Shown piece by piece: positions 57,731 through 64,000 of a DNA stretch of 64,000 nt. A program made the position numbers and the translations under genes. The DNA lies in NCBI GenBank assembly GCA_965217585.1, contig OZ244561.1, forward strand, positions 1,312,001 to 1,376,000. The letters are read 5' to 3'. This DNA is from Candidatus Latescibacterota bacterium (GTDB lineage: Bacteria > Latescibacterota > UBA2968 > UBA8231). The notes beneath the pieces were generated by a model. The model did no database searches. It was not told the DNA's origin and was given only the letters and a program-made list of their open reading frames with translations. Position 1 is the first letter of the stretch. Every line of letters starts with the position of its first letter.

Positions 57731-59335
57731 CTACGGCTCCTCCCGATGCTCAGGCACATTCGCCACCTCAAACGCCGCGACGTTACGGCTCTCCCGGCTG
57801 AACTCCACCGCGATTAGGTGGATCGGCTCGCCCCGGGCGCGGTACTTGTCTGCGTACCGCCGGTCCTTCAATTGCGCCATCGCCACGCCCTCGGGCACCA
57901 ACTCCACCACTTTGAATTCGAATAGGTACACGTTGCTATTGAACAACACCGCCATGTCCAGACGACCGTGGCTGCTGCTGTCCTCCACAACGATGTCCAA
58001 TCCCACCGACGCGAAGTAGGAGTAGAACACGCTGGCGTAATAGCCTTCATAGTTCGCTATGTCATTTTTGGTGTGCCACTGGTAGGGAATGCTGGCGAAG
58101 AACGCCTTGAACAGGCTCTCCATACCGGCGAAGTCGTTGGCTAGCAACAGGTCGTACAGCAGGGCACTGTGCTCCGCCTGCCGTCCCGGGCTTCCGGTCA
58201 AGTGGTTCAGTAAACTTTCGTTCAGGCTCTGGCGCACTTCCTGGTTCGGGTAGCTCAGACGGTAGTAGATCCTGCTGCCGCGCGGTTCGGTACGGCGAAT
58301 GGTGAGGTAGCCGGTCTGGAACAGCAGGGCTTCGGTGGCGATGTGGTCAACGTCGAAGGATGACAGCAAGTCGTCGCTGCCCAGCATGTTGTCCAAGCTC
58401 AACGCACCGACTCCGCGCGAGATCAGCGTCTCAACCAAGAACGTCGGCGTACCCGTCTCGAACCACCACGCGCCGAAACGGCGGCTGTCGAAGAGCAGGA
58501 GAATGTCGAACGGATTGTAAACCTTCTCCTCTCCCAGCCAGCTATAGCCGTTGTACCAGCGGCGTATCTCGTCCCGGTCCAAGCCGGGAAGTTCCGGCGC
58601 GAACACCGTGTCCAAATCCACATCAGTGTAGCCGCAGATGGCTGAGTAGCGAGGATCCAGCGTGACGTCCTTGAGATTATTGAGGCCGGAAAAGAGGCTG
58701 ACCTTGGAGAATTTGCTCACCCCGGTGAGAAACGTGAACTTGATGTGCGCGTCGCTATCCTTGATCGTCGCGTACAGGCCGCGCAGAAAGTCGCGGTTGG
58801 CGCGTGCGACCTCTGGCACCTCGAGCGCGTCCAGAATCGGCTTATCGTACTCGTCGATCAGCACCGCCACCGGCTGTCCGGTACGCTCGCGCAGTACCTC
58901 AATCAGATAGGCAAAACGCTCGGGTGCGCTGGCGTATTCGGACTTCACATCCTCCCGCCGTTCAACCGCGTCCAGTTGCGCCATTAGATTCGTATGCAGG
59001 TAGCCCGGCTCTTTGAAATTACCGCTGCCAAAGCTCAAGCGCACCACCGGATGGCGAACCGACCAGTCCCAACGGTCGTGGATGTGAAGTCCCTCGAATA
59101 GCGGTTCGTTGCCCTCGAACAGTTCTTTCAACGTGTCCAGAAACAGGCTTTTGCCAAAGCGCCGCGGGCGCGATAGAAAATAATGCTTGCCCTCGTCTAT
59201 CATCCGACGAATGTAAGCGGTCTTATCCACGTAGTAGCAGTTCTCCTCGCGAATCTCACGGAAGGTCTGAATGCCGATGGGCAGCTTGCATCTATCTGTG
59301 CGCTCCGCCGGTATGTTCGGACGCGGATTGCTCAT
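57731..59335 (-). CDS. AAA-ATPase-like + PD-(D/E)XK nuclease (PDDEXK_9) protein
   Basis: KLPIGIQTF, YYVDKT, RPRRFGKS, LIDEYDKP, FLTGVSKFSK, GRLDM....YLFEFK. Confidence 0.92.
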   Translation of the reverse strand: MSNPRPNIPAERTDRCKLPIGIQTFREIREENCYYVDKTAYIRRMIDEGKHYFLSRPRRFGKSLFLDTLKELFEGNEPLFEGLHIHDRWDWSVRHPVVRLSFGSGNFKEPGYLHTNLMAQLDAVERREDVKSEYASAPERFAYLIEVLRERTGQPVAVLIDEYDKPILDALEVPEVARANRDFLRGLYATIKDSDAHIKFTFLTGVSKFSKVSLFSGLNNLKDVTLDPRYSAICGYTDVDLDTVFAPELPGLDRDEIRRWYNGYSWLGEEKVYNPFDILLLFDSRRFGAWWFETGTPTFLVETLISRGVGALSLDNMLGSDDLLSSFDVDHIATEALLFQTGYLTIRRTEPRGSRIYYRLSYPNQEVRQSLNESLLNHLTGSPGRQAEHSALLYDLLLANDFAGMESLFKAFFASIPYQWHTKNDIANYEGYYASVFYSYFASVGLDIVVEDSSSHGRLDMAVLFNSNVYLFEFKVVELVPEGVAMAQLKDRRYADKYRARGEPIHLIAVEFSRESRNVAAFEVANVPEHREEP

Positions 59336-59460
59336 AATTTTACCTAGCTAATCTTATCTCGGCGTGTGATTATATCTTCACTCAATAGGCCCTCTAGCAT
59401 GTCGATAAACGACCGCGCCATCTTGTGTTCACCCGGAGGCTTGGCTTTGGCCCCGCCGCG

Positions 59461-59721
59461 TCAGACTTGATGCAGGTTCGAGAAGTGTTCAACGGGAATT
59501 TGAACCTCTTTGCTCGCTTTCTGCCCATGTACATGGAGTTCGTTGAATCTCTTTTCTATATCTCTCAATACGAGACCTTCAAAGTACTGTTCGCCACAGT
59601 ACGCGCATTGGAGACAGGGCACGTCATCCACAATGAGAAATTGGCCATTGTGCCGATAAATGTACTGGGTTTGACGAGACTGAAGTTCCTTATGACCACA
59701 AAAAGAACAGCCTGTTTTCAT
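59461..59721 (-). CDS. YgiT-type zinc-finger protein
   Basis: CSFCG...IVDDVPCLQCAYCGEQYF. Confidence 0.85.
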   Translation of the reverse strand: MKTGCSFCGHKELQSRQTQYIYRHNGQFLIVDDVPCLQCAYCGEQYFEGLVLRDIEKRFNELHVHGQKASKEVQIPVEHFSNLHQV

Positions 59722-59759
59722 CAGGCACCTCTTTGTGTTGCTTAACGTGGTGCCCTCCA

Positions 59760-60848
59760 TCACTTCCAATCGTCGAACGGATTCGCCGTACTCGCCAGCG
59801 GCAGCCCTACCCGCGCTCCGGCCCTATGCGAGGCGTGGGCCATCATCGCCATCTCTAGATAGAGCCGCGCATTCTCCAACTCTACCAGATCCCACTCCGG
59901 GTCCCGGCCTTCGATCATGTCGATCATGGACCGCGCCATGCGGCGGTGCGCGTTGAGCCATTTGTGCTCATCCGGCGGCGGCGACGAGGGCACGACCTCC
60001 CAGCGCGGGTCGCCGATCAGCCCGGGGTTGACCAGCGGGTGGTAGTAAATATCCGGCAGATTGACCATCGGCCCAGGCAGCGACAAGGTCCCCTCTGTCC
60101 CGTGGATGTCGATGCGATAAGGATTCTCCTTCCCGTCCCCCCGGTAGGACTCAAAATCAGCAGCCACGCCACCCGGAAACTCGTAGTACGCCTTGATCCC
60201 GTCTCCGGCCACCAAGCCCATCCCTTCAACGCCTTCCTGTACATCCGCCGGCGTCGCGCTGCGCCCATCCTGCGTCAGATGCGCATGACACCACAGCGGC
60301 GCACCAAACGACTGCCAGAGAAAGTCAAAGAAATGCGGATACAAGTCCAAAAACAGTTGATCTCCGCCGTGCGCGCCGCCCATCCCATAGATCCGGCACA
60401 GCCGCGGCTGGCCGATCTTCCCCGCCTTAATCGCCGGAATCGCCACCCTCTGGATCGGCGGATGCCCCCGCCAAGGATGCGCCACCACCACCGTCACCCC
60501 GGCCTTATCACGCGCTGCGATCATCTGGTCAACTTGGGCGACCGAAGCCGCCACTGGCTTTTCGAGGTACACATGCGCCCCGCGCTCCACGCAATTGAGC
60601 ACCAACGCCAAGTGGTCGCCGATCTCCCGCGATGCCACCACCGCAATATCCGGCTTCTCCTCCTCTAACATCTGCACGTAATCGGCGTATCCCTTGGGTG
60701 CTCCGGTCTTGGCAACGGCAGCTTGGCGTCCCGCCTCGTCGGGATCGGCCAGCGCCACAATCTCCGCGCCTTCTACCCCGACAAAGGCCATGTCGAGATA
60801 GTGGCCGTAGTTGCCGCGGCCGGTGTGTCCAATAATGCCAACGCGCAT
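59760..60848 (-). CDS. Gfo/Idh/MocA family oxidoreductase
   Basis: RVGIIGHTGRGNYGH, HVYLEKP. Confidence 0.9.
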   Translation of the reverse strand: MRVGIIGHTGRGNYGHYLDMAFVGVEGAEIVALADPDEAGRQAAVAKTGAPKGYADYVQMLEEEKPDIAVVASREIGDHLALVLNCVERGAHVYLEKPVAASVAQVDQMIAARDKAGVTVVVAHPWRGHPPIQRVAIPAIKAGKIGQPRLCRIYGMGGAHGGDQLFLDLYPHFFDFLWQSFGAPLWCHAHLTQDGRSATPADVQEGVEGMGLVAGDGIKAYYEFPGGVAADFESYRGDGKENPYRIDIHGTEGTLSLPGPMVNLPDIYYHPLVNPGLIGDPRWEVVPSSPPPDEHKWLNAHRRMARSMIDMIEGRDPEWDLVELENARLYLEMAMMAHASHRAGARVGLPLASTANPFDDWK

Positions 60849-60942
60849 GATTCGTCCTTTCTTTCGTTGAAGAGCAGATTCTAGATTAAGGGCAACCACA
60901 AAGGGGAGGCGGATGAAGGTCGTACGTCCAGATCAGATGGTA

Positions 60943-61944
60943 TTACAATTCCACCGCCCGCCCCGTCTCCATAGACTCCTTCACCGCGTCTAACACCCGC
61001 ATCTGCGCGACGCTGTGTTCCGGCGAGATCCGATGCTCCCGCTCCTCGGCCAAGCACTCGCACAGGTGCTGCAACTGCAATGCAAATTGAAAGCAGGGCG
61101 GGAATTCGACAACCTCCACCCCGCTCGGCGTGCGATGCTCTATGGTGACGGCTCGATTCTCGTTGTTCCACACGTGGTCTAGCCGCAGCATCCCGCGATG
61201 CCCGGAAATTTCCGCGTACTGCGAGCTGAACGTATTAAACCCCACGGCGATCTGCGCGGTGCGGCCCCCGGAAAAGACCAGCACAATCGACGCGGCATCG
61301 TCGGTCTCTATGCCTAGCTGCTGCGCGGCAAACACCCGCTCCGGCTCCTCGCCAAACGCGAACCGCGCGTGGTGAATGTTGTAACAGGCTAAGTCGTAGA
61401 TACTGCCGCCGCCTTTGGCCTTGTTGAAGCGCCAATTCGCCTCGGGCGAGCGCTCTTTGAGTGCACCTCCTGAACTGGTGCAAAACGTGCTCCGCACGCC
61501 GACTAAGTCGCCGATCTCACCGGCGTCGAGCATGGCCTTGGCCCGCAAGTGCATGGGGTGATGGCGAAACTTAAACGCCTCGGCCACGAGGACGCGGTTT
61601 TTCCTACCGGCCGCGGCAAAGGCCGCTGCTTCGGCGGCGTTTTGGGTGAAGGGCTTTTCGCAGAGCACGGCTTTTACCCGCCCCGAATCGCAGATCCGAA
61701 TCCCAGTCTCCGCGTGAAAAGCTCCCCAAGTGCAGATGATGGCAATGTCCAACTTGGCCTCGTGGAGCATGGCGTCGAGTTCGGTATAGCGCGCTGCAAC
61801 GCCGAACTCCTCTCCGTAGCGCGCTAGCTGCTCGGCGGACACGTCGCAGATGGCGACGAGTTCGGCTTCGGCGATCTGCTGGCAGGCCTTGCCGTGAGCG
61901 CGGGCGATTCCGCCCGTGCCCACGAGGCCGACGCGATAGACCAC
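60943..61944 (-). CDS. Gfo/Idh/MocA family oxidoreductase
   Basis: RVGLVGTGGIA, VLCEKPF, EAFKFRHHP, GGGSIYDLACY. Confidence 0.92.
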   Translation of the reverse strand: MVYRVGLVGTGGIARAHGKACQQIAEAELVAICDVSAEQLARYGEEFGVAARYTELDAMLHEAKLDIAIICTWGAFHAETGIRICDSGRVKAVLCEKPFTQNAAEAAAFAAAGRKNRVLVAEAFKFRHHPMHLRAKAMLDAGEIGDLVGVRSTFCTSSGGALKERSPEANWRFNKAKGGGSIYDLACYNIHHARFAFGEEPERVFAAQQLGIETDDAASIVLVFSGGRTAQIAVGFNTFSSQYAEISGHRGMLRLDHVWNNENRAVTIEHRTPSGVEVVEFPPCFQFALQLQHLCECLAEEREHRISPEHSVAQMRVLDAVKESMETGRAVEL

Positions 61945-61971
61945 GGCACCCTCCTCGCGGTTAGTGGTTGG

Positions 61972-62442
61972 TTATATCTGTGGGCTTAGGTCTTTGGGTT
62001 CAAAGAGCCGCGGCCGCAAGTAGATGGGCGCTCCGAGACGCGTCACCAGCACCATGCCGTCGCTGGGCCGGCAATCGAGCACCCACTCGCCGGCTGCGGT
62101 CTCAATGTACAAGTTGGCGTGAAAGGTGTTGTCCTTGATGCTGTGGACGACGAGGTGCATCACCTCGCCTTGCAGCTTCTCCAGCATCGCTTCCAACAGA
62201 TCGTACGCGAGCGGACGCGGGAAATCCTCGTCCCGCATGGCCCCGACCAACGCCCGCGCCTCGCAGTGGCCGATGATGATGGGCAACGGCGGCACGTCGT
62301 CCCCTTTGAGCACGACAGCCACCCCATCGGCACCGAAGTCGCGCACATCGACAATTTGGGCGGGGATGAGGTCAACCGGGGGTTCTCGGCCACAGGCTGC
62401 CAGCGCAAGGGCCGCCAAGGCCACGAGGAGCTGTTTCATCAT
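61972..62442 (-). CDS. Bifunctional nuclease (BFN/DUF151) family protein with lipoprotein signal
   Basis: LPIIIGHCEARA, PRPLAYDLL, TFHANL, LDCRPSD..VL...GAPIY; N-terminal MMKQLLVALAALALAAC. Confidence 0.85.
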   Translation of the reverse strand: MMKQLLVALAALALAACGREPPVDLIPAQIVDVRDFGADGVAVVLKGDDVPPLPIIIGHCEARALVGAMRDEDFPRPLAYDLLEAMLEKLQGEVMHLVVHSIKDNTFHANLYIETAAGEWVLDCRPSDGMVLVTRLGAPIYLRPRLFEPKDLSPQI

Positions 62443-62644
62443 ATTGCTCCTGTTTCGCGATGTTTGGTTTTTTGCACACGGCCCAATTATAGGGGCTGTG
62501 GCCACGGCCTGCAAAAGTGAACGGGGCGCTTTACGGCATTCCCTCGGCAGCCTTGGCGCGAGCGGCAGCGGCAAAAAAATGAAAACGCACGGGAATGAAT
62601 AGAATCAATCAATGGTCTAATGGAGTGACTACTAATTCTGAATC

Positions 62645-62694
62645 AGAACTGACCAGTCAGTTCTATTGACAAAGATCGGAACCTCATCTATACT
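62645..62694 (+). promoter_or_regulatory. Palindromic operator plus sigma70 promoter of the efflux operon
   Basis: AGAACTGAC-CA-GTCAGTTCT (62645..62664) directly upstream of TTGACA(62666)-17 nt-TATACT(62689). Confidence 0.8.
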
Positions 62695-62763
62695 CTCTTG
62701 GACGACACACGCCAAAGAAAGGAACCCCGTGGACAAAACACACACCACTAAGGCTTGCTCCAG

Positions 62764-64000
62764 ATGACAGCTCGCCAATATGCGCTGTACATCGGCAGCG
62801 TCTTGCTCCTCGCGCTAGGCTGCGGCGAGGAGGAAGTAGCACAGGGCGCCCAGCGCGGCGGTTGGGGCGGGCGCGAAGCGGCAGCCATTCCGGTCAAAGG
62901 CGAAAAGGTCACTCGCGGCGACATGAACGCCTACATTGAGACGTACTCCCGCCTCGAAGCCGAGCGCCGAGTCAGCGTCTTGGCGCGCACGACCGGCTTA
63001 CTCGAGGAGCTCGCGGCCGAAGAGGGCGACCAAGTGCGCCAAGGCCAAGTGATGATCCGCCTCAACAAGGATGAATTGAGCCTAAACTTGCGCCAAGCCG
63101 AACAGGCTTTTGCCGACGCCAGCACCAACTACGACCGCATCAAGACGCTATACGAGCGCAGCATGGTCAGCCAATCCGAATACGATACGGCTCACCTCCG
63201 CTTGGACAACGCCAAGATCTCCCTCGAAGAAGCCCAACTCAATCTCGCATACGCAGATGTTACCGCGCCGATTGCCGGCGTCGTCACCCAGCGGTTGGTC
63301 GAAGTGGGCGACCTAGTGCGCGGCAATCAAGAAGTTTTCGTCGTCGCTGACCTCCACCCGCTGCTGGTGAAAATTTTCGCGCCCGAGCAGCGCATGTACC
63401 AATTGCACCCAGGCCAAGAGGCCACTATCGCGGTCGAGGCCCTGCCCGACACGAGCTTCCGCGGCCGCATCCGCATGATTAGTCCAGAGGTCGATCCCGC
63501 CAGTGGCACCGTCAAGGTCACCCTCGAAGTCGCCAGCGCCGGCGTACTCAAACCGGGGATGTTCGCCACGGTGCGCATTATTACCGAGCGGCGGCCCCAG
63601 ACCTTGATCGTCCCCAAGAAGGCCCTAATCCTCGAAACCGACGAAGACGACGTCTTCCTGATCGAGGACAGCAAGGTGCGCCGGGTCTCCGTCGAACTGG
63701 GCTTTGTCGAGGGCGATCAAGTCGAGATCGTCTCCGGCCTCAAAGAAGGCGACCAAGTAGTGACCATTGGCCACGAGGGCCTCAAGGATGGTGCAGCCGT
63801 GCGGCTGGCCGGCGAGGGCCTAACGGTCCCGGCGGAATTGGCCTCACCCCCGGGCGAAGGCTCCCGCCCGCCCGAGGCTAGGGGTGGCCTGCCCGACAGC
63901 TTGCGCCAAGTCATAGCCGAGTACCGCCGCGCGGGCAAGCCCCTGCCCGACAGCTTGCGCCAACGCTTGCGCGCACTGCGCGAGCAGGGCGGCGGGCGGC
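62764..64000 (+). CDS. Efflux RND transporter periplasmic adaptor (MFP) subunit; runs off the right edge
   Basis: Hand translation: lipobox LALGC, EEGDQVRQGQ, VTAPIAGVV....VEVGDLV, ISPEVDPASGTVKV, LKPGMFA, GLKEGDQVV. Confidence 0.9.
   Translation, partial: MTARQYALYIGSVLLLALGCGEEEVAQGAQRGGWGGREAAAIPVKGEKVTRGDMNAYIETYSRLEAERRVSVLARTTGLLEELAAEEGDQVRQGQVMIRLNKDELSLNLRQAEQAFADASTNYDRIKTLYERSMVSQSEYDTAHLRLDNAKISLEEAQLNLAYADVTAPIAGVVTQRLVEVGDLVRGNQEVFVVADLHPLLVKIFAPEQRMYQLHPGQEATIAVEALPDTSFRGRIRMISPEVDPASGTVKVTLEVASAGVLKPGMFATVRIITERRPQTLIVPKKALILETDEDDVFLIEDSKVRRVSVELGFVEGDQVEIVSGLKEGDQVVTIGHEGLKDGAAVRLAGEGLTVPAELASPPGEGSRPPEARGGLPDSLRQVIAEYRRAGKPLPDSLRQRLRALREQGGGR

Noticed and set aside
63887-63963. 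CCTGCCCGACAGCTTGCGCCAA repeated twice
   Set aside because: Short in-frame duplication (LPDSLRQ) in the low-complexity MFP tail; context is cut by the window edge.

Overview
High-GC bacterial window. The gene repertoire (FlgD-Ig and T9SS-like C-terminal tags, CRTAC1/ASPIC-UnbV proteins, DUF6785 membrane protein, four Gfo/Idh/MocA oxidoreductases, a TWGxLK tail) points to an FCB-group organism such as Ca. Latescibacterota; this is inference from gene content only. The left ~39 kb is one large cell-envelope locus. It holds four paralogous ~900-aa secreted proteins with Asp-rich Ca-binding-like loops and barrel-like C-termini, and four paralogous secreted proteins with a PNGDGxND/FlgD-Ig C-terminal domain that all end in -VY. 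It also holds a SurA/PpiC-like chaperone, a lipoprotein with an AgmX/PglI (TonB-C-like) domain, an ExbB-ExbD-ExbD motor, a GT-C+TPR glycosyltransferase, TPR lipoproteins and CRTAC1 proteins. Together these are the best candidate for an undescribed PMF-energised export/surface machine. The right part has sugar-type oxidoreductases and a ~5 kb insertion bounded by a 137-bp duplicated gene 3' end (XRE-HTH, DUF4258, EcsC, Rpn, Uma2). It also has several decayed genes (nrfHA, an aminotransferase remnant, orphan antitoxins) and the start of an RND efflux operon. No rRNA, tRNA, CRISPR array or integrase was seen. All family assignments come from motif recognition by eye, not database searches.
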